A model generated the notes under the pieces. It had not been told where the DNA came from, made no database searches, and saw nothing but the letters and a program-made list of their open reading frames with translations. Both the position numbers and the translations under genes were made by a program. A stretch of DNA of 61,070 nucleotides, counting the filler. It is 4 parts of 4 records of this genome, joined end to end, with 100 filler letters (N's around TTAATTAATTAA, not from the genome) between each part and the next. Parts side by side here need not be neighbours in the genome. Positions count along the whole stretch, not along the records: positions 35,449 to 61,070 come from SRR2962707_1967; 3 more parts are not named here. The stretch is one strand, 5' to 3'. Shown here one piece after another: positions 42,839 to 53,052 of this stretch (positions are counted from its first letter, which is position 1; each line of letters opens with the position of its first letter).

Positions 42839-43954
42839 CTACCGTTGCGCTATCTTTGAACTTTTGAAAAGCGACGGAAATTCGCGCGGGGCTGATCGCC
42901 AGTACTGTTTGGGCGCGCTGACCTGTGCCCCAAGTGCGGCGGCGGCATGCCACGGCCAGTGCGGATCATAGAGCATGGCCCGGGCCAGCGCGATTGCATC
43001 CGCTTCTCCGTCTTGCAGAATTGTTTCGGCCTGTTCGGGTTCGGTGATGAGGCCGACGGCAAAGGTCGGCAAGCCGGTTTCGGCCTTCACCCTCGCGGCA
43101 AATGGCACCTGAAATCCGGGCCCGACCGGTATCTTCTGCTTGGGAGAGACGCCGCCTGTCGTGACATGGATCGCGGCACATCCGCGATCCTTCAGCGCGG
43201 CGCAGAGCGCAAGGGTGCTTTCCAGGTCCCAGCCACCTTCCACCCAGTCGGTTGCCGAGACCCGGATCCAGACCGGTATCTCCCGGGGAACTGCAGCCTT
43301 GATTGCATCGAATACCTCCAGTGGAAACCGCATCCGGTTCTCAAGCGTACCGCCATAGGCGTCCGCGCGCTGGTTCGAAAGCGGTGAGAGGAACTGATGC
43401 AGCAGATAGCCATGGGCCATATGAACCTCGATACCGCGGAAGCCGAGCCGAACAGCCCTTTGCGCCGCGCGGACGAAATCGTCACGAACCCGCTCCAACC
43501 CCGCATCATCGAGTGCGCTTGGCACATCTTCGCCTTCCGCATGCGGCACGGCAGACGGAGCCTCTGCTTTCCATCCCCCGGTCTCGCCCGGCAGGATTTG
43601 CGTTCCTCCGTCCCACGGAGCCCGGCTGGACCCCTTGCGCCCGGCATGCGAGAGCTGGATGGCAACCGGCATGTCCGACTGTTTGGCGAGCGCGTCCATG
43701 ACACGCCCCAGCGCGGCTTCATTCTCATCCGAGTAAAGCCCCAGATCCACCGGTGAAATCCGCCCCTCCGGCGAGACAGCGGTGGCTTCGATGATCAACA
43801 GCCCCGCACCTGACAAGGCCAGATTGCCCAGATGGATTAGGTGCCAGTCCTGCGCGTTGCCATCGAGGGCGGAATACTGGCACATCGGCGCAATGATGAT
43901 CCGGTTTTCAAGCTCCAGCGCGCCAAGGTTCAGTGGTTCAAAAAGATGGCTCAT
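42839..43954 (-). CDS. NADH:flavin oxidoreductase (Old Yellow Enzyme, YqjM/NamA-like)
   Basis: APMCQYSA, QLSHAGRK, HMAHGYLLHQFLSP, YGGTLENR. Confidence 0.94.
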   Translation of the reverse strand: MSHLFEPLNLGALELENRIIIAPMCQYSALDGNAQDWHLIHLGNLALSGAGLLIIEATAVSPEGRISPVDLGLYSDENEAALGRVMDALAKQSDMPVAIQLSHAGRKGSSRAPWDGGTQILPGETGGWKAEAPSAVPHAEGEDVPSALDDAGLERVRDDFVRAAQRAVRLGFRGIEVHMAHGYLLHQFLSPLSNQRADAYGGTLENRMRFPLEVFDAIKAAVPREIPVWIRVSATDWVEGGWDLESTLALCAALKDRGCAAIHVTTGGVSPKQKIPVGPGFQVPFAARVKAETGLPTFAVGLITEPEQAETILQDGEADAIALARAMLYDPHWPWHAAAALGAQVSAPKQYWRSAPREFPSLFKSSKIAQR

Positions 43955-44074
43955 TCGTTTAATTCCCAATGTTCAATTGTCTGTTGAAATAGCGCCGGTC
44001 GCGCTGACCTGGCATCCCGCCAACCGAGCCAGCGGACGCTCCTGGCGCGACCCGGGCTGCCATGGTCAGGGACC

Positions 44075-44854
44075 CTACCGAAAATCCGGGGAGCGGCGCT
44101 CCAGAAAAGCCTTCACCCCTTCGCGCCCCTCTGTGCTTTCTCCGGCAACGGCAATCGCGGAGAGCTCCCGATCCATCTGGCTGGCAAATCCTGAGGCGAA
44201 GCTTTCGTGCAACAACTTGCGCGCAGCGCCCATCGACGCCACCGCACCTGACACCAGCCGGGCGGCCAGCTCGGCTCCCTCGCGCTCAAGTGCGGCGTCC
44301 TCGACCACGCGGGTGACAAGGCCGATCGCGGCGGCCTCTGCCGCATCAACGCGACGGTTTGTCAGGATGATATCCTGCGCCAGGCGCATCCCCACCAGGC
44401 GCGGCAGCAGCCATGTCATCCCGCCATCCGGCGTCAGCCCGATGCCCAGATAGGCCGCGGTAAAATGTGCGGACGGATGGGCGAGAACGATATCACCACT
44501 GATCGCCATGCTCAGCCCTGCCCCCGCCGCAGGACCGTTGACCAGGCAAATCATGGGTTTCTTCATCGACGCCAGCAGCGTCATCGCCTGGTGCAATGTG
44601 CCTGCCAGCCGCCCCAGAAAGGCACCGATGCCCGCGCTGTTGTCGGCAAAATCACCGACATCGCCGCCGACACAGAACATCTTGCCAGCGCCGGTGAGAA
44701 CGACACACCGAATCTCCGGATCGTTGGCCGCGTGCAAAGCGGCGTCCAGAAGCGCATCGGCCATCGGCTGATTGAGCGCGTTGCCCCGCTCGGGGCGGTT
44801 CAGCGTGATGCAGGCAACGCCATCTGTCACATCGACAAGAACCGGGTTTGTCAT
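44075..44854 (-). CDS. Enoyl-CoA hydratase/isomerase (crotonase)
   Basis: LNRPERGNAL, FCVGGDV, GPAAGAG, GLTPDGG; start at ATG 44854 overlapping upstream stop. Confidence 0.92.
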   Translation of the reverse strand: MTNPVLVDVTDGVACITLNRPERGNALNQPMADALLDAALHAANDPEIRCVVLTGAGKMFCVGGDVGDFADNSAGIGAFLGRLAGTLHQAMTLLASMKKPMICLVNGPAAGAGLSMAISGDIVLAHPSAHFTAAYLGIGLTPDGGMTWLLPRLVGMRLAQDIILTNRRVDAAEAAAIGLVTRVVEDAALEREGAELAARLVSGAVASMGAARKLLHESFASGFASQMDRELSAIAVAGESTEGREGVKAFLERRSPDFR

Positions 44855-45924
44855 GCGCACTCCTCTGCGGCGTCCACCGCCAGTTCGACCAGTTTCGGGT
44901 AGTGCTGCACCCGCGCCACCGAATGAGCAGAGGCCGCAGATCCCCGGATCACGCGTCCCTTGATGCCGTGAAAAATGGCCGCCATCCGAAAGAAATTGAA
45001 GGCGATATAGAACGGGTAATCCGGAATCGAGGCGCGGCCGGTGGTGGCACAGTATTGCGCCAAATAATCCGCTTCCGTGGGAATGTTCAGGCTGGTCGGA
45101 TCGACATCGCCCAGCCCCGCCACGATTTCCGGCGGCATCCGGTACATCATCGCATGATTGGTGAAATCCGCCAGCGGACTGCCCAGCGTGGAGAGCTCCC
45201 AGTCCAGCACTGCAATCAGGCGCGGCTCGGTCGGATGAAAGATCATGTTGTCGCAGCGAAAGTCGCCATGGATGATGGCAGTCTCTACACTGTCGGGAAT
45301 GGCTGTCGGAAGCCACTCGATCAGCCTGTCCATTCCCGGATCGCGTCCGGCATCGCTATCAGCCAGATAGGACCGGCTCCAGCGGCTGATCTGGCGCTCG
45401 AAATAGTTGCCGCTGCGGCCATAATCGCCAAGTCCGACTGCCTCGGGATCGATCCGGTGCAGCCGCGCCAGCGTGTCATTCATCGCCGAGAAATAGCGTG
45501 GCCGGTCTTCTCTTGGCACCTCCGGAAAGGTCGCATCCCAGAAGATACGCCCCTCCACCATGTCCATGACAAAGAACCAGCTGCCAATGACGCTGTCATC
45601 GGTGCACAGCCCGTGAACTTTCGCCACCGGGAAATCCGTGCTGGCCAGCGCCGTCAGAACGCGCGCTTCGCGATCGACGGCGTGGGCCCCCTTGGCCAGG
45701 TGTCCCGGCGGTTTCCGCCGCAGCACATAGGTCTTGCCGGGCGTGACGAGCAGATAGGTCGGGTTGGATTGCCCACCCTTGAACTGACGCACCGACAAGG
45801 GCCCGTCGAAACCCTCCACATATTCCATCATCCAGCGCGCCAGCGCAGCTTCATCAAAGCCAAAGCCATCGCGCACCGGCGTCGTACCCGTGTTGGCAGC
45901 AGCGCTGGCGGCGGCGGATGTCAA
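44851..45924 (-). CDS. APH-family phosphotransferase (LvaA / ACAD10-11 kinase-domain-like)
   Basis: QFKGGQSNPTY, LRRKPPG, HAVDRE, HGDFRCDN, LDWELSTLG; TTG start overlapping ACAD stop. Confidence 0.92.
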   Translation of the reverse strand: MTSAAASAAANTGTTPVRDGFGFDEAALARWMMEYVEGFDGPLSVRQFKGGQSNPTYLLVTPGKTYVLRRKPPGHLAKGAHAVDREARVLTALASTDFPVAKVHGLCTDDSVIGSWFFVMDMVEGRIFWDATFPEVPREDRPRYFSAMNDTLARLHRIDPEAVGLGDYGRSGNYFERQISRWSRSYLADSDAGRDPGMDRLIEWLPTAIPDSVETAIIHGDFRCDNMIFHPTEPRLIAVLDWELSTLGSPLADFTNHAMMYRMPPEIVAGLGDVDPTSLNIPTEADYLAQYCATTGRASIPDYPFYIAFNFFRMAAIFHGIKGRVIRGSAASAHSVARVQHYPKLVELAVDAAEECA

Positions 45925-47111
45925 ACCGCGTGCTCCGTTTTCCAGTCGCGCTTGATCTTCTTGGCCAGGCTCCATTTGTGGACTTCGGTCGGGCCGTCAT
46001 AGATGCGGAAAGCACGGATTTCGCGGAACACCTGTTCGACCATCGTATCGGCTGTCACGCCCTGTCCACCCATGCACTGCACACAGCGGTCGGCGACGCG
46101 CATCAACGCCTCGGAGACGGCGACCTTGGCCATCGAGCTCTCCGCGCCGCCCTGTGCGCCACTATCGAGCACATCGGCGCACCAGTAGATCATCAGTTCT
46201 GCCTGTTTGAGATCCATGAGGTTCTCGGCCAGCATGAAGCCGACGCCTTCATGATCGACCAGCAATTTGCCGAAGGCCGTGCGGCGGTTGGCGTAGTCGG
46301 TGGCAATCTCATGGGCGCGAACGCAAGCTCCCAGCCAACGCATGCAATGGCTCAGACGCGCAGGCGCCAGACGGACCTGGGCGTATTTGAACCCCTCACC
46401 GGATTCGCCCAGCATCTGGCCTGCCGGAACGCGCAGATTGTCGATCGTGATTACGGCATGGCCACCGGGCATTGAATTGTCGATGGTATCCATTACCCGC
46501 TCGATCCGGACTGCGGGGTCGGGCAGATCGACGAGGAACATGCAGGCCCCGTCGTCGGACTTGGCCATGATGATGCCCATGCCCGCACCGTCCGCACCGG
46601 TGATGAAGGTCTTGCGGCCATTCACAACCCAATGATTGCCGTCCATCTGGCAGGTGGTCAGCATCATCGACGGATCCGAGCCTGCGCCTCCGTCCTCGGC
46701 AGGCTCGGTCATGAAGAAGGCAGAGCGCATGCTGCCATCCACCATCCGCGGCAAAAAGCGCTCCTTCAGCTCCGGCGAAGCGACCTTGCCCAGAAGATAC
46801 ATGTTGCCTTCGTCAGGCGCGCAGGTGTGGCAGGCCAGCGGCCCCAGTATCGACAGGCCCGAACGGATCAGCACAGCGGCAGTTTCGCGTTGTGTCAGGT
46901 GATCGCCATCGTCAAGGATATGCGGGGTCATGACACCGGCCGCGCGCGCCAGCGCTTTCATCTCGTTTGCCAGTTCTTCGGATGGACCATGTGCCCCAAG
47001 ACGCGGGTCGCGTTCATAAGGCGCGACGGCCTCACGGACAAAGCTTTCGACCTTGTCGGAAATATCGAGCGCCCGGGCCGACACCCCAACTCTTTGCAAC
47101 AATTTACTCAT
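45921..47111 (-). CDS. Acyl-CoA dehydrogenase (LvaC / ACAD10-11-like)
   Basis: APDEGNM, FFMTEP..GSDP, RLAPARLSHCMRW, FRIYDGPTEVH. Confidence 0.92.
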   Translation of the reverse strand: MSKLLQRVGVSARALDISDKVESFVREAVAPYERDPRLGAHGPSEELANEMKALARAAGVMTPHILDDGDHLTQRETAAVLIRSGLSILGPLACHTCAPDEGNMYLLGKVASPELKERFLPRMVDGSMRSAFFMTEPAEDGGAGSDPSMMLTTCQMDGNHWVVNGRKTFITGADGAGMGIIMAKSDDGACMFLVDLPDPAVRIERVMDTIDNSMPGGHAVITIDNLRVPAGQMLGESGEGFKYAQVRLAPARLSHCMRWLGACVRAHEIATDYANRRTAFGKLLVDHEGVGFMLAENLMDLKQAELMIYWCADVLDSGAQGGAESSMAKVAVSEALMRVADRCVQCMGGQGVTADTMVEQVFREIRAFRIYDGPTEVHKWSLAKKIKRDWKTEHAV

Positions 47112-47213
47112 ATCGGATCAGTCCTGAATTTGGCGGCCGTTCGATTTTCCTGACCGGCCGGCCGTGGCTTGAAAAGGTTCATTACCCGCACAATTGCGGC
47201 GCAGCGGGGAAAA

Positions 47214-48806
47214 TCATGGATCCACAAAGCCCAGTTCTTTCTTGATCTGGCGCTTGAGGATCTTGCCGTTGGCGTTGCGCGGCAACGGCGTCTCATAAAG
47301 TGTGTAGCTTTCGGGGCATTGGTAATCTGCAAGCTGGACTGCGCATTGCGCAGACACCGCTGCCTCAGTGGCCTCAGCCGGGTTGACCGACAGCACTGCG
47401 TGGACGCGCTCGCCGAGGATCGGACAGGGTTTGGCGACCACGGCGGCTTCGATCACGCCGGCACAGGCGGTCAGCACGCTTTCCACCTGTGCGGTGAACA
47501 CCTTGTAGCCGCCGCGGTTGATCATATCTTTCTTGCGATCATGGACGTGAACAAAGCCGTCCGCATCGACCGCGCCGATATCTCCCGATTTCCAGAACCC
47601 TGCGGAAAATTCACGCGCATCAGCCTCCGGGTTGCGCCAGTATCCGGGAACCACCATCGCGCCCCTGATCCACAATTCTCCGTCCACGCCGACAGGCACC
47701 TCGCACCCGGTGTCATCCATGACGCAGATCTCGGCGCCGGGCATGGGCTGTCCCACCGACAGCCGCCGCGCCGCGGTCTGATCGGCAGGCATGATCGTGG
47801 CCGGAGAGCTGGTTTCCGTCGCCCCATAGGCATTCATCAGTCCCAGGCCGGGCAGCGCCAGCGACAGTCGCTCGATGGTCGCCGCCGGCATCGGCGCGCC
47901 GCCATAACCGCCGACACGCCAGGCTGACAGGTCATAGTCGCTCAGATCAGCCTGATGCAGGCAGAGATTATACATCGCAGGCACCATCAGCGAGCAGGTC
48001 ATGCTCTCGCGCGCCGCGCAGTCGAGAAAGCTTGGCGCCTTGAACTCGCGCATGACGGCGATGCTGCCGCCTGCGCAGATCAATGTGTGAATCCCCGCGA
48101 CCAACCCGGTGACGTGATTCATCGGTACGACCACGACGGTCTTGTCCGTTGGGCCCAGTTCCATGGTGTAGACGAAATTGATTGCCGAATGGACGATCCC
48201 GAGGCCCGTCAGCATCGCCCCCTTGGGGACGCCTGTGGTGCCGGAAGTATAGAGGATGGTCGCGACCTCCTCTTCCCCGACATCGGCGGGTTCCCTCAAA
48301 GGGTCCGACTGGCGCAAGCTGTCGTAGTCGGCAAATCCGGGCGCCTGCCCGACCACGATACGGGCCTTGAGATGCGGTGTGTCGTCCAGCGGTGGCACGA
48401 GAGCGGTGAACTCCGCCTCTACGACCATCGCGATTGCCCCCGAGTTCACCAGAGCGTGGCGAATGCCTGGCATCTGATCGCGGATGCTCAGCGGCACGGT
48501 CACGGCGCCAAGCCGGGCCGCGGCATAGGTGACCACCACGAAAGGCACGCCATTGCCCAGCAGCATCGCCACCCTGTCGCCCTGCCCCACACCCTGCGCT
48601 GCCAGTCCTGCAGCAACGCGCCCGACCTCGTCGTCAAGCCGGGCATAGCTCCACCGCGTTTCATCACAGATCAGCGCTTCATTTTGCGGATGGAGGGCGA
48701 CGGCATTTGCCAGCATCGCATGTAGATTGCGCGGGCGCTCGGCGTAACACGCGACCACCCGATTGCCGTAATGAAGTTCCCTGCGCAATGGCACCTGCTT
48801 GCTCAT
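47214..48806 (-). CDS. AMP-dependent acyl-CoA synthetase
   Basis: YTSGTTGVPKG, AYGATE, SGD, DRKKDMINRGG, PRNANGKILK. Confidence 0.94.
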   Translation of the reverse strand: MSKQVPLRRELHYGNRVVACYAERPRNLHAMLANAVALHPQNEALICDETRWSYARLDDEVGRVAAGLAAQGVGQGDRVAMLLGNGVPFVVVTYAAARLGAVTVPLSIRDQMPGIRHALVNSGAIAMVVEAEFTALVPPLDDTPHLKARIVVGQAPGFADYDSLRQSDPLREPADVGEEEVATILYTSGTTGVPKGAMLTGLGIVHSAINFVYTMELGPTDKTVVVVPMNHVTGLVAGIHTLICAGGSIAVMREFKAPSFLDCAARESMTCSLMVPAMYNLCLHQADLSDYDLSAWRVGGYGGAPMPAATIERLSLALPGLGLMNAYGATETSSPATIMPADQTAARRLSVGQPMPGAEICVMDDTGCEVPVGVDGELWIRGAMVVPGYWRNPEADAREFSAGFWKSGDIGAVDADGFVHVHDRKKDMINRGGYKVFTAQVESVLTACAGVIEAAVVAKPCPILGERVHAVLSVNPAEATEAAVSAQCAVQLADYQCPESYTLYETPLPRNANGKILKRQIKKELGFVDP

Positions 48807-48873
48807 ATCCGGGCCTCGTCCTTGCCTGCTCCAGCCATCGGCCGACCGTTGCGCGTTGCACGGCACCTGTGTG

Positions 48874-49638
48874 TCATGACGACTGACTGAGCCCGGCCAA
48901 GCGGCTGGTCACTCCCGCGATCGGCTCGTCAATGGGAAGGCCCGCGTGCAGGTAGCCGCGCATGAAATCATCTATGTGACGCGTCATCCAAAGCCGCGCC
49001 GTGTCGGCATCTTTGGCTCGTATCGCCTCGATGATGTGATGGTGGGCAATGAGCTGGCGTGACATGGCCTGCGGAAGTTTCGGGATCAGCGCATCGATAC
49101 CGCTGTAAAGCAGGAAGCCGATCGGCTCGCGCGCCAACTGCAGAACCCGGTTCTTGCTTGCAGCCGCCACCCCGGAATGAAAGGCGGTGTCGAGTTCGAC
49201 CGTCGCCTGTCCCTGCCCTTCAGCAGCTACCAGCGCCCGGTGGATTTCGTCGAGCGCCGCCAGGTCTTTTGCATCAGCATGCTTGGCTGCCAGTTCGGCG
49301 GCGAGCGGTTCGGTGGCAATCGCGACATTCCACAGCTCTTCGAAGGTAACGTCGAGCATGCTCAAGGCGCGAGTTTGCCGGGACGACAGCTCTGCCATAC
49401 GCGGGATGGAGACGACCATCTTGCGGGGCGAGATGCGGCGCACGAAGCCTTCGCTTTCCAATCGGCGTATTCCCTCGCGCACAGTGGAGCGATTGACGTT
49501 GAACATGCTCGCCATCTCGACCTCGCCCGGCAGCCTGTCGCCGGGTTTCAGGGAGGCGCTCAGGATTTGCGCTTCGATTTCGGTCGAGACCTGCTCATAG
49601 GCGTGCTGAACGCGAAGGGGTTTGGGTTTGAGTGGCAT
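48874..49638 (-). CDS. FadR/GntR-family regulator
   Basis: PGDRLPGE..VNRSTVREGIRRLE HTH; DTAFH..ASKN FCD. Confidence 0.93.
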   Translation of the reverse strand: MPLKPKPLRVQHAYEQVSTEIEAQILSASLKPGDRLPGEVEMASMFNVNRSTVREGIRRLESEGFVRRISPRKMVVSIPRMAELSSRQTRALSMLDVTFEELWNVAIATEPLAAELAAKHADAKDLAALDEIHRALVAAEGQGQATVELDTAFHSGVAAASKNRVLQLAREPIGFLLYSGIDALIPKLPQAMSRQLIAHHHIIEAIRAKDADTARLWMTRHIDDFMRGYLHAGLPIDEPIAGVTSRLAGLSQSS

Positions 49639-49710
49639 AGGGGACTTATCTCTTCACACCCTGATCTGAATGGCAGGGCAAGGCAATTAACGGGGATGGG
49701 CGTTTGGCTC

Positions 49711-50391
49711 TCATACCTTCCCCGCCAGCATGGAATCAATCACGTTCACCCTGATGATTTCGCCGCGTTCGATGACGCTTTCGCGCTGCAGCAGATCGAC
49801 CGAGTGGCTGAGCTCGGACTGCGCGATCAGCACCGACAGTCCTTCTCCCTTCAGCGAAGTGATGACTTCCGAAATCCGCTTGGACAGAGCCGGTGCCACG
49901 CCCTCGAACGGCTCATCCAGCAACAACAGCTTGCGACCGGCGATCAGGGCGCGGCCGAGTGCGACCATTTTCTGCTGTCCGCCCGAGAGCAGCAGCGCCT
50001 TGCGCGGCGCCATCTTGGTCAGCTCCGGCATCAGATCGTAGACGAACTCTAGGCCTTTCGGGCCATCAATCTGGTCATTGACCCAGGACGGAAGCAGCAT
50101 GTTTTCCTCGACCGTGAGGTCGGGCACCAGACGGCGGTCTTCCGGCATGTAGCCGAAGCCCAGCCGGGCGCGATCACGCGGCGGCATGGCGGTTATGTCT
50201 TCGCCATTCCAGATAACCTTGCCCGCCGACATGCTGGCCAGTCCGGTGATGGTGCGCATGACCGTGGTCTTGCCGGCTCCGTTGCGGCCGACAAGCCCCA
50301 TGCGTTCGCCGGTTCCGACCTCGAGGCTGACGCCACGCAAAATCGGTGCCGCCTGGATGCTGACTTCGACATTTTCCAGTTTCAAGCTCAT
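49711..50391 (-). CDS. LivF-like ABC ATPase
   Basis: GRNGAGKTT, PEDRR, LSGGQQK, LDEP. Confidence 0.93.
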   Translation of the reverse strand: MSLKLENVEVSIQAAPILRGVSLEVGTGERMGLVGRNGAGKTTVMRTITGLASMSAGKVIWNGEDITAMPPRDRARLGFGYMPEDRRLVPDLTVEENMLLPSWVNDQIDGPKGLEFVYDLMPELTKMAPRKALLLSGGQQKMVALGRALIAGRKLLLLDEPFEGVAPALSKRISEVITSLKGEGLSVLIAQSELSHSVDLLQRESVIERGEIIRVNVIDSMLAGKV

Positions 50392-51140
50392 GCCGGCGCC
50401 CCCGTCACGTAGCGTTGCACTTCGGGATCGGACAACACCTCATCGGGTGCATCATCGGCGATGATCCGGCCGTCGTAGAAGGCCAGCACGCGTTCGGAAT
50501 AGCGGGTGACGATATCCATGTCATGCTCGACAAAAATGACCGTGACGCCCGCCGAGCGCAGGGCATCCATCACCAGATCCATGATCGGGAATTTCTCATC
50601 GGCCGCGACACCCGACGTCGGCTCATCGAGCAGCATGATCTGGGTGTCTCCGGCCATGGCCATGGCAATATCCAGCAGTTTCTTGACCCCGCCGGACAGT
50701 TCCGGAATCAACCGGTCCCGGTGTTCGGCGATATGGAAGCGCTCCAGCGTGGCCACCGCGCGGTCCCGCGCCTCTGCATTATGAGCCCGACGCAGGAACG
50801 ACGGCCCCGGGCGGCCATGGATCGCGTCGGCCACCAGCATGTTCTCCTCAACCGTGAGTTCCGTGCATAGCTGCGCGATCTGGAACGAGCGGTGAATGCC
50901 CATCCGCGTGATCTTTCGAGGGGCCATACCGGCGATGTTGCGATTGCCAAAATTGATCGTGCCGGCATCAGGCTTGATATAGCCGGTCACCATGTTGACG
51001 AATGTCGTCTTGCCCGCGCCATTCGATCCGATCAGCGAGTAGACCGCCCCTTCCGGCACGGTCACAGAAATATCCTTTGCCGCGGTCACGGCACCGAAGG
51101 TTTTCTGCAGGTCGCGAACTTCAAGCACTGCCTTGTTCAT
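50388..51140 (-). CDS. LivG-like ABC ATPase
   Basis: GSNGAGKTT, RSFQ, LDEPTSG, EHDM. Confidence 0.93.
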   Translation of the reverse strand: MNKAVLEVRDLQKTFGAVTAAKDISVTVPEGAVYSLIGSNGAGKTTFVNMVTGYIKPDAGTINFGNRNIAGMAPRKITRMGIHRSFQIAQLCTELTVEENMLVADAIHGRPGPSFLRRAHNAEARDRAVATLERFHIAEHRDRLIPELSGGVKKLLDIAMAMAGDTQIMLLDEPTSGVAADEKFPIMDLVMDALRSAGVTVIFVEHDMDIVTRYSERVLAFYDGRIIADDAPDEVLSDPEVQRYVTGAPA

Positions 51141-52075
51141 GCCGGGTTTCCTTTCCGGCGGCTGACCAGTGAGCCCAGCCCCTTGGGCAGAACGACAATG
51201 ACGGCGAGCAGGAAGATGCCGAGCGCCAGTTGCCAGGTGTTGGGGAAATAGAGGTTAGAGAAAGAGCGCACAAGTTCGAGAATGATCGCGGCGAGGAAGA
51301 CTGCCGGCACAGACAGGTACCCTGCAAGGATCGCCACGAAGACGAACTCGCCCGAGGTTGTCCAGAACGCAAACTCCGGATCGACATGGCCCAGAGCCAG
51401 CGCCGCGATGGTGCCGCCGATACCGCCCAGAACCGCACCGAAGACATAGTTATAGGTCATCACATTGCGCACTGAGGCGCCCAGATATTCGACCCTGAGT
51501 TCATTGTCGCGGGTGGCGAGTGTGAGCAGGCCTCGTTCACTGTCAAAGTAGATGCGCATCAGCACCCCGGCGATCACCACAATCGCCACCACATAGATGT
51601 AGAGCGCCATCTGGAGCGGGCGGCCTTCCGGTGCCCAGCCAAAAAATGTCGGCGCCGCGATGTTCAGGCCGTCCGTGCCACCGATGACGCTCATCTTCGA
51701 CAGCGAGCCATAGAGCACCATCGACAGGGCCAGCGACAGCATCGCGAAGAAAATGCCGCGGTAGCTCGATAGCAGAGGCCCAAAGGCCATCCCGACCAAA
51801 AGACAGACCGCTGAACTCAGCAGGGTCAGCAGAAAGATGTCAGAGACGCCGAAATTGTTGGCCACAAGGGTCGCCGTATAGGCACCAAGGCAGTAGTAGA
51901 GCCCCTGCCCGAACGAGACGACGCCGCCGCGCATCATGCCGACAATGCCGAGGCACACCAGGCCCTTGGCCAGCGCCATGGCGAACAGGAACATTGCCCA
52001 GTCCGGCAGGATCACCGAGCCCGCCGCCAGGACGACAAAGGCGATGATGGCACCGAGGGTGAGTTTGAACCGCAT
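51137..52075 (-). CDS. LivM-like ABC permease
   Basis: GVVSFGQ, GIFFAMLSLA, GGTDG, RDNE. Confidence 0.9.
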   Translation of the reverse strand: MRFKLTLGAIIAFVVLAAGSVILPDWAMFLFAMALAKGLVCLGIVGMMRGGVVSFGQGLYYCLGAYTATLVANNFGVSDIFLLTLLSSAVCLLVGMAFGPLLSSYRGIFFAMLSLALSMVLYGSLSKMSVIGGTDGLNIAAPTFFGWAPEGRPLQMALYIYVVAIVVIAGVLMRIYFDSERGLLTLATRDNELRVEYLGASVRNVMTYNYVFGAVLGGIGGTIAALALGHVDPEFAFWTTSGEFVFVAILAGYLSVPAVFLAAIILELVRSFSNLYFPNTWQLALGIFLLAVIVVLPKGLGSLVSRRKGNPA

Positions 52076-52977
52076 CAGATTTTCCTCGCCTGGGTTTTCG
52101 CAAACAGCCCCTCAGGCCGGAACAGCAAGACGATTGCCATCACGAAATAGATGATGAAGAGCTCAGCCTCGGGCATCAGGTGAACAGAGGCCGCACGACT
52201 GATCCCGACCATCAGCGCACCAATGGCAGCGCCCGGAACGGACCCGAGCCCGCCAATGATCACGACGGCGAAGGCCACGATGACGACGTTGACCCCCAGG
52301 CCCGGAGTCACCGATATCATCGGCGCGGTCAGCGCGCCGCCAAGGGCTGCAAGAAATGTTCCGGCCATGAAGGCACCCAGATAGATGCGCTGCACGTTCA
52401 CACCCATGGTCTGGCTCATCTCGGAATCATGGATGACCGCAAGCACAACCTTGCCGGTCCGGGTTTTGTTGAGCGTCAGCCACACCACCAGTCCGACGAT
52501 GATGGCCGCCGCGATCACCGCGAAATCGTAACCGACATAGAACAGCGGTCCGATTTCGACATTTCCGAGCAGCGTATAGGGCTCATAGACGAAATAGGGA
52601 TTCACTCCCCAGATCAGCTTCATCAGATCCTCGAGAATGAGGAAAACCGCATAGGTCACCAGCACGTTGAGGACTTCATCGCGGCCGTAGAAAAACCTGA
52701 GCAAGCCGCGTTCCAGCAGCGGGCCCACAACAAGCGCCACAAGTACTGCAGCAAGTATCATGGCGACGTAGCTGCCATAGGGGAACGCCTCCCCGCCGAG
52801 CGCGAAATAGGCTCCCACCATCGAGGCGGATGCATAGGCGCCAATGGCGTATAGACTGCCATGGGCGATGTTGAGAATATTGAGCACGCCGAAGACGAGC
52901 GTCAGGCCGACGGAAACGATAAACAGCCAGCCGGCGTAAATTAGGCCATCAACGAGGATGGTTGCCGCAAGATCCAT
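52075..52977 (-). CDS. LivH-like ABC permease
   Basis: GLTLVFGVLNILNIAHG, IIGGLGS, RPEGLF. Confidence 0.92.
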   Translation of the reverse strand: MDLAATILVDGLIYAGWLFIVSVGLTLVFGVLNILNIAHGSLYAIGAYASASMVGAYFALGGEAFPYGSYVAMILAAVLVALVVGPLLERGLLRFFYGRDEVLNVLVTYAVFLILEDLMKLIWGVNPYFVYEPYTLLGNVEIGPLFYVGYDFAVIAAAIIVGLVVWLTLNKTRTGKVVLAVIHDSEMSQTMGVNVQRIYLGAFMAGTFLAALGGALTAPMISVTPGLGVNVVIVAFAVVIIGGLGSVPGAAIGALMVGISRAASVHLMPEAELFIIYFVMAIVLLFRPEGLFAKTQARKI

Positions 52978-53052
52978 GGGTCAGGGGTCCGAGCACTTTA
53001 GCATGGGAAGGAACCCGTCGCATCGCTGCGGCGGGTCTGTTCAAATCAAGTG

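Noticed and set aside
44855-45316. N-terminal extension of the crotonase ORF (413 aa call)
   Set aside because: Overlaps the APH kinase in another frame; the real start is ATG 44854
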